Shown here in pieces: positions 30,985-48,298 of a stretch of DNA of 64,000 bases. Under the pieces are notes generated by a model. It saw only the letters and a program-made list of their open reading frames with translations. It was not told the origin of the DNA and searched no databases. This DNA comes from the human T2T-CHM13v2.0 reference genome, Homo sapiens. The DNA is taken from assembly GCF_009914755.1 (NCBI RefSeq), contig NC_060926.1. One strand, given 5' to 3'. Numbering within the stretch: the stretch's first letter is position 1; each line of letters begins with the position of its first letter. A program made the position numbers and the translations under genes.

Positions 30985-31205
30985 CTAGGTACCAAGGAGA
31001 ACCGGATTCCAATATTCATTCTGCAACTATCTTTATATGTGATCTAGGAAAATTTACCTAACCCTTCCGTTCTTGATTTTGTACTCCTAAATATAGGAAG
31101 GGAAAGTTATGTGGGGGTGTCAGATTAAGATGGCAGCATTATCACACGAGAAGATACTACATGCAAAACATGTTTTGAAAACCGAAAATCACTCTTTAAG
31201 TTCAC
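30985..31205 (+). mobile_element. MIR
   Basis: ATGTGATCTAGGAAAATTTACCTAACCCTTCCGTTCTTGATTTT core. Confidence 0.55.
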
Positions 31206-31551
31206 TATTTTTCTAAGGACAAATAATTTCTTTAGAATAGCTATTTTTGGGGTGTAATTCCATTGCAACAGTTTGGCTACTGGCCAAATCCATTAAAACA
31301 ATCTATTATAGGGATCAAAATCTCTTGACTCGAAGCCATTTGTCTAGAAGAACCACCATTTGAATTGTTTCCAATGTATGATAGAGTTCCCTGCAATGCT
31401 GCTAAAGTGTATTGAATGGAAGAGAACCACTCCCAAGACAGGGTGTGTACCGCAGAAACTCCTTGGGATGTGTGAAGGGCTATCCTTGCCATCTATTGAA
31501 GCTGCATTGTATTAAATGAGCTTGAAATATTCACTGAAAGGCCCTTGGGGG

Positions 31552-31728
31552 ACTGGTTCTCAAACTTCAGTGAGCGTGCATCGGAATCATCTGGAGTAAT
31601 TGTTAAAGCAGAGACTCCTGGATTCTGCCTCCAGTCGGTCTGGGGTGGGCCCAAAAATTTGAATTTCTAACAAGCTCTGGGGTGAAGCTGATACTGTACC
31701 CAGGATACCATACTTTAAGATAGAACTG
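31552..31728. mobile_element. MER5A (hAT-Charlie)
   Basis: TGGTTCTCAAACTT...GAATCATCTGGAG...GGTCTGGGGTGGGCCCAAAAATTTGAATTTCTAACAAG...CCATACTTT. Confidence 0.8.
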
Positions 31729-33933
31729 GCTTGTCATCTTCTCCTAATAGGCGAAAATTAAATTAGACAAATGTGGTCTTCAAAGGTGTTTCAGATCCCA
31801 GAGGTATCTCAGGGATTCTCTTCCCTCCCTCCACTGCAATGCGCGTAACTGCAGTTTTATCAATTGCTTTAATTGGTGTCCTGCTCAGGAATTTATTTAA
31901 TAAAACCTGTTTTGCACTCATCCCAAATAAGTTAAAAGCCAAGCTACTAAATTTACGGATTTCTATGAATCTTTCAAACTCTAACCTTCCATCTTTGACT
32001 TGGTGGCCCCAAGGAACCTTGCAGACCCTTTTCCTGGTGTGGTGCAGACCCAGTGAAATGCCATCAACACTCCCCAAATTACAAACTTACCTCAAGTGTA
32101 AGAGTGGCTTAAAAGTAATGGAGGTTTCATAGGCCGAAGGGGTCCAAACTCAGGGTCATATGTAATTTCAATAACTTGAACATGAACAGTGCTCTGTGGA
32201 AGGAAAGGACTCAGGTCCAAGAAAGGAGCGTATGCTTCTCAAGATTTAAGTAGCCTCGGCAAGACATTTCCCCCAGTACTGTGAAGTTAATTAAGCATTT
32301 GCTATTCAGAGTCTCCATGCATTTTCTCCTTAACTACATCCTTCATTGGAAGCAAAGCAATCTCTTTGGGACTTTCCGTACCACTGACTCACGGGAGGCA
32401 TAGAGAGAGTTTTCAAGTCTAGTGAGCCTGAAGACAACCGCTGTAAAGGAGGAGCAGGCGGTGGCCTGCTGAACTGCAAATGTCCCCCAGAATATAGTAT
32501 AGGTATCTGAAATTCTCATAGCCTTTCCCCGAGAAAATTGCTAGTGGCCTGAATGTGGATACTTTTTTGACTAGTAATCATTGTTGCTATTATTGATATC
32601 ATTGTTCATCAGCTACTAGTGCCAAGCACTCTGCTAGCATCATTTGTCATTTTCCTAACATACATTTCTTCATATACTTCATTATCATTCTCTCCATGAC
32701 ACCCAATGTAGACTTTTTTCCCCAGAAGAAACTGAGGTCAGAGTGGTTAAGTGTTATTCCTGAGACCTCTCAATTCGAAGTGTTTATAGTTGGAACTTGG
32801 ACCCAAGTGAGTCTTGCTTTAAGGATCCACTCCCTGCAATGGTTTTCAGTTTGCAAACTGTCCACTGGTCCGTTCCTTCAGTAATAACAATAGTTCCCTC
32901 ATCTTCTGGGAGTCGGAAAATTTGTACCGTGAAGAACTGCTGGTCATATTTCACATTTTTAAATGGCTGTCTTAGACAAGCTTCTAGTAGGCCTGTCCTA
33001 ATTTCTTTCAGACTTCAGATCCAGGGTCCCCAGGTTGTGCCAGGCTATGGAGCCTTTCAAAGTAAGTCCAGCTGGATCTAGTCTAATAGACTGTTGCTGA
33101 GCAAAGACATACCTTTTCATAGTCCATGGCACTCAGAAGCAGGAATCAATTAATTTTTAGGACAGGAAAAATAGATCACTTGGATTGCTGAAGCAGGAAG
33201 AGCTTCTACAGCAGCTAAGAGAAACGAGTCCAGAGAGTGAACTCTGCCTCCATGGCTCAGGAGTCTGAGGATTTGCTGAGTAGAGAGTGCTTTTAATAAC
33301 CAAGGCTTGGGGTGTTTATTGACAGGCCTAGCCCATGCAGAACGCTATTCAGAACACTGGGCCTTGTTCATAATGCTTGAAAAGATGAGCTAGAAAACAT
33401 CAGAAGATATCCATTTAATTCTTTGGGCAATTCCTTAATGGCATTAAGAATACAAAAGAATATCCCTGTGAGCTATACTTGTATTTTCTCAAAATACTGA
33501 CTATACTGCAGGGGGAGAAAAAGAGAAGCTCATCTTTCTTGTTGTTCCATAGAAGAACCCAAGAAAACATCTGGGGACTTCATTTTCAATTAGTACTGAG
33601 TGATGTTAGACTATGAGGTAGATGGTGTAAGCATCATTTACTAATGTATTCCTGAATATGCTAAAACCCCAATCCAAACCTGGTGGTAAGCATGGGAGTC
33701 AGAAATGCCCTCTCCCATCAAGAATGCCATGCTGATATACTGATGCATTCTACCAGATGCCCTGAAGACAGATGGCACATTTAGGCAATGTGGAAATCAA
33801 GGACCATTTTATGCAGGTTTTGCTGCAAAATGTGGGATGCAGTATGTGTTTCCATCTTATTGTAAATCCTCACAAGAAGCTGCTTCATTCTAAATTGTGG
33901 CCCCAATCCCCAGGCTAGAAATAAGAATTTTTA

Positions 33934-34841
33934 GAGGGAGGAGCCAAGATGGCCGAATAGGAACAGCTCCGGTCTACAGCTACCGGCGTGAGCGACGCAG
34001 AAGACGGGTGATTTCTGCATTTCCATCTGAGGTACCAGGTTCATCTCACTAGGGAGTGCCAGACAGTGGGTTCAGGTCAGTGGGTGCACGCACGGTGTGC
34101 GAGCCAAAGCAGGGCGAGGCATTGCCTCACTCGGGAAGCGCAGGCGGTCAGGGAGTTCCCTTTCCTAGTCAAAGAAATGGGTGACAGACGGCACCTGGAA
34201 AATCGGGTCACTCCCACCCGAATACTGCGCTTTTCCTACAGGCTTAAAAAACGGCACACCACGAGATTATATCCTGCACCTGGCTCGGAGGGTCCTACAC
34301 CCACGGAGACTTGCTGATTGCTAGCACAGCAGTCTGAGATCAAACAACAAGGCGGCAGTGAGGCTGGGGGAGGGGCGCCCGCCATTGCCCAGGCTTGCTT
34401 ACTTAAACAAAGCAGCCTGGAAGCTCGAACTGGGGGGAGCCCACCACAGCTCAAGGAGGCCTGCCTGCCTCTGTAGGCTCCACCTCTGGGGGCAGGGCAC
34501 AGATAAACAAAAAGACAGCAGTAACCTCTGCAGACTTAAATGTGCCTGTCTGACAGCTTTGAAGAGAGAAGTGGTTCTCCCAGCACGCAGCTGGAGATCT
34601 GAGAACGGGCAGACTGCCTCCTCAAGTGGGTCCCTGACCCCTAACCCCCAAGCAGCCTAACTGGGAGGCAACCCCCCAGCAGGGGCACACTGACACCTCA
34701 CACGGCAGGGTATTCCAACAGACCTGCAGCTGAGGGTACTGTCTGTTAGAAGGAAAACTAACAAACAGAAAGGACATCCACACCAAAAACCCATCTGTAC
34801 ATCACCATCATCAAAGACCAAAAGTAGATAAAACCACAAAG
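33934..34841 (+). promoter_or_regulatory. L1 5'UTR internal sense promoter (intact YY1 site CAAGATGGCCG) and antisense promoter
   Basis: CpG-containing L1PA 5'UTR. Promoter function is established for the family but not shown for this copy. Confidence 0.7.
34236..34385 (-). pseudogene. ORF0: L1 ORF0 truncated to 49 aa
   Basis: MAGAPPPASLPPCCLISDCCASNQ...RFLSL followed by a stop. Confidence 0.75.
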
Positions 34842-35859
34842 ATGGGGAAAAAACAGAGCAGAAAAACTGGAAACTCTAAAAAGCACAGCGCCTCTCCTCC
34901 TCCAAAGGAATGCAGTTCCTCACCAGCAATGGAACAAAGCTGGATGGAGAATGACTTTGACGAGCTGAGAGAAGAAGGCTTCAGACGATCAAATTACTCC
35001 GAGCTACGGGAGGACATTCAAACCAAAGGCAAAGAAGTTGAAAACTTTGAAAAAAATTTAGAAGAATGTATAACTAGAATAACCAATACAGAGAAGTGCT
35101 TAAAGGAGCTGATGGAGCTGAAAACCAAGACTCGAGAACTACGTGAAGAATGCAGAAGTCTCAGGAGCCGATGCGATCAACTGGAAGAAAGGGTATCAGC
35201 GATGGAAGATGAAATGAATGAAATGAAGCGAGAAGGGAAGTTTAGAGAAAACAGAATAAAAAGAAATGAGCAAAGCCTCCAAGAAATATGGGACTATGTG
35301 AAAACACCAAATCTACGTCTCATTGGTGTACCTGAAAGTGACGGGGAGAATGGAACCAAGTTGGAAAACACTCTGCAGGATACTATCCAGGAGAACTTCC
35401 CCAATCTAGCAAGCCAGGCCAACATTCAGATTCAGGAAATACAGAGAATGCCACAAAGATACTCCTTGAGAAGAACAACTCCAAGACACATAATTGTCAG
35501 ATTCACCAAAGTTGAAATGAAGGAAAAAAATGTTAAGGGCAGCCAGAGAGAAAGGTCAGGTTACCCACAAAGGGAAGCCCATCAGACTAACAGCAGATCT
35601 CTCAGCAGAAACCCTACAAGCCAGAAGAGAGTGGGGGCCAATATTCAACATTCTTAAAGAAAAGAATTTTCAACCCAGAATTTCATATCCAGCCAAACTA
35701 AGCTTCATAAGTGAAGGAGAAATAAAATACTTTACAGACAAGCAAATGCTGAGAGATTTTGTCACCACCAGGCCTGCCCTAAAAGAGCTCCTGAAGGAAG
35801 CACTAAACATGGAAAGGAACAACCAGTACCAGCCGCTGCAAAATCATGCCAAAATGTAA
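34842..35859 (+). pseudogene. L1 ORF1p (RNA-binding chaperone), frameshifted
   Basis: MGKKQSRK...FTKVEMKEK then a +1 A in the run at 35524-35530; the C-terminus MLRAAREKG...QNHAKM lies in another frame. Confidence 0.95.
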
Positions 35860-35922
35860 AGACCATCAAGACTAGGAAGAAACTGCATCAACTAACGAGC
35901 AAAATAACCAGCTAACATCATA

Positions 35923-39747
<3,825 letters not shown>

Positions 39748-40864
39748 ACAATGAGATCACATGGACACAGGGAGGGGAATATCACACTCTGGGGACTGTT
39801 GTGGGGTGGGGGGAGGGGGGAGGGATAGCATTGGGATATATACCTAATGCTAGATGACAAGTTACTGGGTGCAGCGCACCAGCATGGCACATGTATACAT
39901 ATGTAACTAACCTGCAGAATGTGCACATGTACCCTAGAACTTAAAGTATAATAAAAAAAAAAAAATAAGAATTTTTAAATGATGTTCAAGTACAGAGCTC
40001 ATTGTGCATCATTGTCAGGCCAGGCAGCACTTTAAACAATTAAAAATGATCATCGATAGCAATGAGAATGAGTCAGGTGGCTCTCCACATGCAAACAGGG
40101 AAACATCTCCAGGATAGAACATTAAATGAAAAGCACATGGTGCATATATATGTAGGTATGTTGTTTACATTTTCTGAAAGGCTGCACAAGAAGCTATTGC
40201 AATTATTACCATGGTGGAGAGGGACTAGAGGGCAGAGAAAGGTGACTTCCATTTTTCATTTCACACATTTTTATATTTTGTCACATGTGTATATTATTTT
40301 TACTTTCAAATTTTAAAAATAAACTGTTCTCATCTATCATCGGTTCATAACAGAAAGGATATTTTTTAAGTAGAAAAGACATAGTCTTATAATAAAGGGC
40401 TGTCCATCCAATTAAGTTTTAATTAGCAAAAGCAAAATGAAACAACACAAAAACATAAAAGAATAGGACCTTACTGTAATGCATATAGTGAAGTGTTTAA
40501 AGACACATGTATAAAAGATGACTCTGAGAGTGCTATGTGAAAAAAGAAATAATAACAGGCATGTTCCCCCAAAAAGTCATCTTAGTGCTGGTTTGCATAG
40601 CTCTGATTTTTCACTCCAAGAGAGCTATGGATTTGCAGCCTGGCTGGGTATGGAAACAGGGGATAGATGTGGATAGAAAACAATACTGGGATATGATTTT
40701 CATTTGCTGGCCATGCACCACCTTCCTTTGCTGGGAGAGATAGGTGGCCAATCGTCCACCCCAGAGGCAGTGCCCCACTAGTGAGCCTCCTGAGAAAGGC
40801 AGTTACCCTCCCTGTTTTAGTAAGACTCTCTACCTTCCTTAGCACATAATTACTAGAGTGATAT

Positions 40865-40865
<1 letters not shown>

Positions 40866-40916
<51 letters not shown>

Positions 40917-40955
40917 CGCCCGCGCGCATATGCATGCTTGCGTGCACATGTGCGT
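40866..40955. repeat. (GT)~21 joined to (CG)n compound microsatellite; alternating purine-pyrimidine tract
   Basis: GTGT...GTGCGCGCGCGCGCCCGCGCGCATATGCATGC read directly. Confidence 0.95.
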
Positions 40956-41829
40956 CTGCTAATTTCAGGAGAATCTTGCCAGAAAAAGGAGCATCAAAGG
41001 ATGAGAAGGGATATGGAGATGCAGAATCAGAGATAAAAAGGGACCAAATTTTACTAGCAATTACGGCAAATATCTAACTTGCATAAATGAAGCCAATTAC
41101 TGTATTATTGCCTCCTTTTGCTCTGTGCACAGTAGGGATGTCACTGGATAATGGTTTGCATGTAGAGTTAATCACTTTGATGCATTTCTGACTGATCCCA
41201 GCAAATTATGTTTTGGTTCCACTATATTAAACACAAGAGCTGGGGATTATCATTAATAAATCTAAGGCACAGCATGCATAAATCTTGAATAAATCAAATA
41301 TCAATTACATAGGCAGTATCTGCTGACATCTGCTTTCATCAAATAATATATTTGAAATAGGTGTTATTTCAATTTGTTGAAGTCAAAGGGATCTTCATAC
41401 AGGGAACACAGCCCCTGGACCCCAAAGGAAAAAGCAGCTGAGCCATTGCTGAAGAGCCCCTTAGTGGTGTTCGATTTTAATCTGTGAAGGCTACATTTAG
41501 ATGGCTACCCAGAGATCCAGAGGAAAGGCTGTCTTGCTGTGGAAAGGGCTTCCAGCTAAATGTCATTTTCATGTAGGTATTTTTAAAAGGAAGCAGGAGA
41601 GATTGAGGTGAGAAAGGAGGAAAACTTTTTAAACATCTGACTATCAAGGAGAGGAGCAGGCAATTGAGGGAATGTATGTGACTCTTCCAGTACAAGAAGT
41701 CAGAATCCATTCAGATGCAAGGAAAGAAGTTCAGTTCATGATAGGAAGACCTCTGAAAATGAGTGGCTATGAGGATAGCTTATAGGATTTACTCAAGGAG
41801 AAACAAAAGCAGGAGGTGAGGGGAAGGTA

Positions 41830-42050
41830 GATTTGCATTTACTAAGCACCAGGCATTGGGCCAAACTCTAGATCGGAAACTTTATCTCCTCTTTTAATCC
41901 CCACAGCATCCCATATGAGAGAGATATTAGTGTTTATTCTTATCATTGGAGGAAGCTGAGGCATGGGAAGTTAAATAATGTGAATAAAGCCATACAGCTC
42001 TCAAATGGCACAACAGGATGTAAATCTGGATCTTTATGAATGTGCTACAT
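41830..42050 (-). mobile_element. MIR
   Basis: TTTAATCCCCACAGCATCCCATATGAG...GAGGAAGCTGAGGCATGGGAAGTTAAATAA. Confidence 0.7.
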
Positions 42051-44037
42051 GGCACCAGTGGTGGTAGTGGTTATGGTATTGGGGTGTGTGTTTATATAAA
42101 AAAGAGAGAAGAAAATGTAAGCACATGGGGACAGGGAGAGGAAAGAGGGTGTGGAGAATATGTGTTCATTTAAAAAACTGCATTAAATGCCCTTAAGTCC
42201 AACATCAAGAGGGATGGGTGACTTTTTTACATTGCATTCCTTCTGACTTTCCTATATCACATCCCTTCTGCGTGGCCTGCCATCCATAAGTTAGAATCTT
42301 TTCTCTCTGGGGTGGATGATTAGGATTTCTTTGAGACCTCTTCAAGGAATTTTCTGGGGTTAAACTCACTCTCAGGCAGGGTGGAGCTGGGTTAGGAAAT
42401 GTTCTCTAGGGCACTGGCTCATCATGAGAGGTAGAAAACGATTGCCTCATATATACTCTCCGGGCAAAGCAGGAGTGGAGACCAGAAATGAAATAAGCCA
42501 AAGTCGCTCACCTGAAGCAGTCCTGAGGCCTCTGCTAAGGGTGGAGATGGTGCTTCGGAGGGGCGGGTGGAGTATTCCACGCAGTGCTTGTCCCAACCTG
42601 AATAGGCGAGCCTCATAAAGAAACCAGAGTTCGTTTACCATTTATTTTATCACGCTTGGCATCAAAAGAAAGAAAACCAAAAAGCAGACTCCCAAATCTG
42701 GGCCATGCAGGAACCCCTTAGGTTTACATTTTCTAAGCAGGGGTAGGTGGGAGTCAGGGCCATCTCCTTTTGGACCAAGGATCCCAAAGGAAGCACTTCA
42801 ACGAAGCTGAGTAGAAACAGCTCTCGGCTTTCATTAGGCCACAGCTCCCCTGCATGCTGAGCTACACCACATCAGACCTGCCTGGGCCTCTCACCACATA
42901 ATTCCCCTTTCTGCACTCTGCCTTCTATATGCAAACCTGCACTGGGATATTGAGAACACCGATTGTCGACAGATAAGTGAAAACTGATGTGACATCACCA
43001 TAGAGATGAGATACATTTTCAGAGTTTCAGACACACTTACATTCGTGTGATATATCCCACAACTTATATTACGAATAGGTACAGATTCTGAATAGTTAAA
43101 TTTAAAATATTTTTAGAATTTCAAATCTAACCTTTGGATTATGTTTTTTTGGTATCCACAGGGATGACAGATTTTTCTGTTGTTCTTGGGTTTTCTAATC
43201 AGCATCACAGAGTATCACAAGGACATGTTCAGTTAGTGCATCTGATTCAGATTGGATAGAATGTATCATCTTGTTGGTAAAAGACTTTCAGGCTGCAAAA
43301 TTACTTTCCAAAAACCATGCAAATCTGGCCATTAGCAAATGTCAATGAATGAAGAATAAGCTCAAGTCTCCCTCCCTTTTGCTTTAACCTCCATCGCTAC
43401 AAATATACACACACACACACACACCCCCCCAGAGGCACGTGAGCTAATGTGTAAACGAGGAAGACAGAGACTTTGATCTCCATGGTGCCCACTCTTCATA
43501 TAGTTTTATTTTGCTCAGTTTGAAGTAGCACAGGCCCTGAGCCAATAGGAAGCCAAAGGAAACTCAGGGACAGCCAGAGTTTCCAGTTCAATTCAGAACA
43601 AGCTGGATTAACCTGGAAACAGTGAGAAAGGCTGGAGACATCTGTTTCTACATTTGCCCCACAGTCCTGATGCTGCTACTCTGAGCTCAAAAGAAAAGAA
43701 ACTGTGTTAATTAAATTTATATCTTAAAATTCGGCCTATGCACACCCACTGGTGAGGAAAATAAGGTACATTCTGTGCTATGAGGTAGCCAGTACTAGCA
43801 GATAATAACCAGGAACACTAGAAAGACAACTGAACAAGAGGCAGAAAATAATCATTTAGGGTTAAAATAATGCATCACATTTGAGGAGAAGGGAAACAGA
43901 AATCAGAAAATGAATTAGAAAACACAGAGGCATGGTTTGTGCTCTGTGTGTGTGTGTATGCGTGTGTGTGACCAGGATGGGAGACACAGTAGATATCACA
44001 TAATTAGTGGTTGCTGATTTTTTCTTGCAATGGAAGG

Positions 44038-45287
44038 TTTTTTATTTTTTTGATAATTTCAACTTCTATTTTAGATTCAGGGGGTACATGTGCAGATTTG
44101 TACCTGAGTATATTGCATTATGCTGAGGTTTAGGATATGATTGATCCTGTCACTGAGGGAGTGATCATAGTACCCAACAGTTAGTTTTTCCACCTTTGTC
44201 CCCCTCCTTTCTTCCCATTCTCTTCTAGTTGTCTCCGGTGTCTATTGTTGTCATATTTACGTCCATGAGTATCCAGTGATTAGCTCCAACTTCTACATGA
44301 GAACATGTGGTATTTGTTTTTCTAGTCCTGCATTAATATGCTTAGGAAAAGGGCCTCCAACTGCCTCCATGTTGCAGCAAAGGACACAATCTCCTTTTTT
44401 ATGGCTGTGTAATACCATGGTGTATATGTACCACATTTTCTTTGTCCAATCCACCATTGATGGGCGACTAGGTTGATTCCATGTCTTTGCTACTGTGACT
44501 AGTGCTGTGATGAACATATGAGTACCTGCGTCTTTTTGGTAGAATGATTTATATTCTCTTAGATATATACCCAGTAATGGGATTGCTGGATTGAATGGTA
44601 GTTCTGTTTAAGTTATTTGAGAAATCTCCAAACTGCTTATCATAGTGGCTGAACTAATTTATATTCCCACCAACAGTGTGTGAGCATTCCCTTTTCTAAG
44701 CAGCTTTGCTAGCATCTGTTGTTTTTTGACTTTTTAATAGCTATTCTGACTAGTATGAGATTGTATCTCATTGTGGTTTAGATTTGTATTTCTCTGATAA
44801 TTAGTGATGTGGAGCATTTTGTCATGTGTTTGTTGGCTGCTTGTATGTTTTATTTTAAAAAGTGTCTGTTCATGTCTTTTGCCCACTTTTTAACAGGGTT
44901 ATTTGTTTTTGCTTGTTGAATTGTTTAAGTTCCTTATAGATTCTGGATATTAGATCTTTGTCAGATGTATAGTTTGTGAGTATGTTCTCCCAGTCTGTAA
45001 GTTGTCTTTTATAGTTTCTTTTGTTGTGCAGAAGCTTTTTAGTTTAATTGGGTCCCACTTGTCAACTTTTGGTTTTGTTGCAATTTCTTTTGATAACTTA
45101 GTCATAAATTCTTTCCCAAGGCTGATATCTAGAATGGTGTTTTCTAGGTTTTCTTCTAGGATTCTTACAGTTTACAATCTTACATTTAAATCTTTAATCC
45201 ATCTTGAGTTAATTTTTGTATATGATGAAAGGTAGGGGTCCAGTTTCATTCTTCTGCATATAGCTAGCCAGCTTTCCCAGCATATCA
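44038..45287 (-). mobile_element. 5'-truncated L1PA15/16
   Basis: Antisense 3'UTR TTTTAGATTCAGGGGGTACATGTGCAG; ORF2 C-terminal peptide MFITALVTVAKTWNQP; likely TSD TTGCTGATTTT at 44011-44021 and 45288-45298. Confidence 0.9.
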
Positions 45288-47602
45288 TTGCTGATTTTAA
45301 CCACAGCTTTAGCCATTGCTAATAATCCAACCAGGAAGACTACTTTTGGAGAAAATGGATTATAAAATGTCTATATAAGTATTGCCTCCGGAGGCATTAC
45401 TTATCAATTGTAATTGGCCCTCCTGAGAAGCTGACCCTTGGAATGTGAAACTGAATTTGAATGGTTTTGATGGTAGTCTCTGTTGGCATTAAGAATGTGT
45501 CATCATGATGGTGCTAGTGGTAGAGCCATAGCTGATTGCAGTGTATGTAAAAGAAGTTTAAATGACAGTTTATATTTTTCAAAATGAGTTTATAGTGAAA
45601 AGAATACATTGATATAAGAATTTACTGAGAATCTGAAAAGATAACTGACATACAAAGACTCATTTATTCACTCATTCATTCTCCAAATATTGTAAGAAAT
45701 TTGTTCTGATCATTTATTTTTTTCCAGGCTAGGGGCTGAGGATGTAGGAGATGCAGCTTGGAAATCTGTCATCTGAATAAATGTGTCAAGGTTAATTAAA
45801 TGGGGTGACACAAATTCTGCATACTCTTGTACATAGATGATGGGGATGGCTAGAGCCAATGTAGGAGGTGTCAATTTAGAGCCTTATCCCCAACTTTCCT
45901 GACCTGCATTCCACTAACTGTATGTAACTTTCAAATAGGCCACTTAACCTTAGCTTTTGAGTAATCTTAGCTGTAAGAGTTGGGGTGTATTGTCCCAGGG
46001 AAATCCTTTCTTAAAAAGCCTATTGATTCTCATAAGAGCAAGGACTATCAGTTAGTCTGAAGAAAAGAGATGAAGCCACAGCCACGAATCAAGGGGGCAA
46101 AGCTGGGCCCATTTTGGTTGTTTCCATCTGTGTCTTGTTACAAAAGTCTCCATGTCATCGTATGTTGTTATGTCTCTATGCAACGCTGAATATTTGTCTG
46201 CTTTGCAAAGGTCAAAGGATGGTTGTCCCAATAACCCCTTTGATCCTCTATCACCATATCCAATCATCATGCCTCATCTATGAGGATCTGGGAGTGGATA
46301 TGCTACACACTCTGCTGATGTGTAGATGTGCATATCATTTATCAAAGATTGCCATAAGCACATCTGTATTTTGCAGTAATTTTCCTAGCCATTTTATTTT
46401 CAAACATTACTGGCACATTGCCTGATATCCTGATAGCATGAGTCACATTGTTCCAACACATAGTCAGCACAGAAATGCACACACACACAATCCACATTGA
46501 AAATGTGTGTCTCCTTGGTGTTTCTCCCTAAGGCAGCATAGATTTCCTTTCATCATCTTACCACAGCCTTAGCAAGCTTTCAACACAACAAGGTCATTTC
46601 ATAATAATTATGCAAGCATGTGTGAGTGAGCCAAGAGCTCTGGCAATACACACATAGTATTAGAATAGGAAAATTCACATTCTGCCCATTCCCTGTACCT
46701 AGTATATGCTTGAGCTCTGTGGAATTTTGCCTGTTTGAGCGGAAAGCAAACTGGATTATGGGTTTCCTGAGAAATATTTATGGCAGAAATTCTACTCACC
46801 TTTCAACATCTCAAGAACTCAAGAAATCAACATGGAAGCGTCTTTGGTCTCAGCTCCTTTATGCAGAGAGTACATCTCTCACTAACTCTTCCTTCCCTGG
46901 AAGAGTTCTCCCTAATCCTTACAGGTAACACTTGGACAGTTTATTTCCAGGGCTTAGTTAAGAACATTGACCTCACTTACTTTTTCCCTTCACATCCTAT
47001 GGGAAGAAGACATATTGGGAAAACAGAGCTGTGAGTTCATGGTTTTAGTGTATTTTCAAATGTGACTAAGTTTCTTCTGGCTTCTAAGGGAGTTGGATGA
47101 TTTTCTAATTGTCCAGATTAAAACAAGAGTGCTACTAACTTGGCATGGGCCTTGTAGCATCATCCTATTTTATGAAGATACTATTTGTTAAGAGGCAGAA
47201 CACAGGTGCACTGGCCCAGCAAATCCAATGATCAGTGGTATCCATATGTCCACTACATTGTTTGCTCTCTGAATATATTATTTATTGAAGTTTTCTTGTA
47301 ATCAAAGCATATAGACTATATTCTCCAGTCAGGGAGGCATTCTTGGGGCATGTCCTGGTTGCTATGACAGAGTAGTTTGACTTAACAGTGTCAATCTGAG
47401 CCTTCATTACTAAACCCTACAAAATATGGTCACCATTTAGTTGACATCCTTCACTCTGATGATTAAGAATGATGAGCTGTGTAGAAAACTGGTGTTTCCA
47501 CTTAACTTATTCATTCCAGGCAGTGTTTCCCAAAGCCTGAGCCAAAGGCCATCTGCATCAAAATCATATGTGGGGACACACGTGTTACAAAAATCAAATT
47601 TC

Positions 47603-47918
<316 letters not shown>

Positions 47919-48139
47919 CTACCAAATCAGCGTATCCAGAAAGGACCAGCAATCTGAATGTTAAAAGAATTCCCCCACAGGACTGTTTATACCCATTAAA
48001 GTTTGAGAAAGCCTGCTGTGAGTGAAGTGAATAAACTAGAGTTCTTGCATAAGGAGGGGTGCTAGTTTCATGGAAAATGCCAGGATCAGGAGAATTATTG
48101 CAAATGCACAGTCTCACACCTTCTTAAGTTCCAGTTCTT

Positions 48140-48298
48140 TGTTTCTCAAAGTGTGGTTGCTGGACCAACTGTATCAGCATCAGTCGGGACCTATTTGAAA
48201 TTTGGAATCTCAGATAGTATGTCAGAACAACTGTCAAAATCTACATTTTAACAATTCCCAGGAGATTTGTGTGCATGTTAAACTTAAATTTTGAGACA
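48140..48298. mobile_element. MER5-type element
   Basis: GTTTCTCAAAGTGTGGT...ATCAGCATCA...CATTTTAACAATTCCCAGGAGATTTGTGTGCATGTTAAA. Confidence 0.7.

Noticed and set aside
28663-32132. Longer non-repeat ORFs (128, 122 and 119 aa)
   Set aside because: Non-ATG starts, no recognisable domains, and lengths within chance expectation for 64 kb in six frames.
40755-40790. CTCF-like sequence CCACCCCAGAGGCAGTGCCCCACTAGTGAG
   Set aside because: It does not fit the CCASYAGRKGGC core spacing on either strand.
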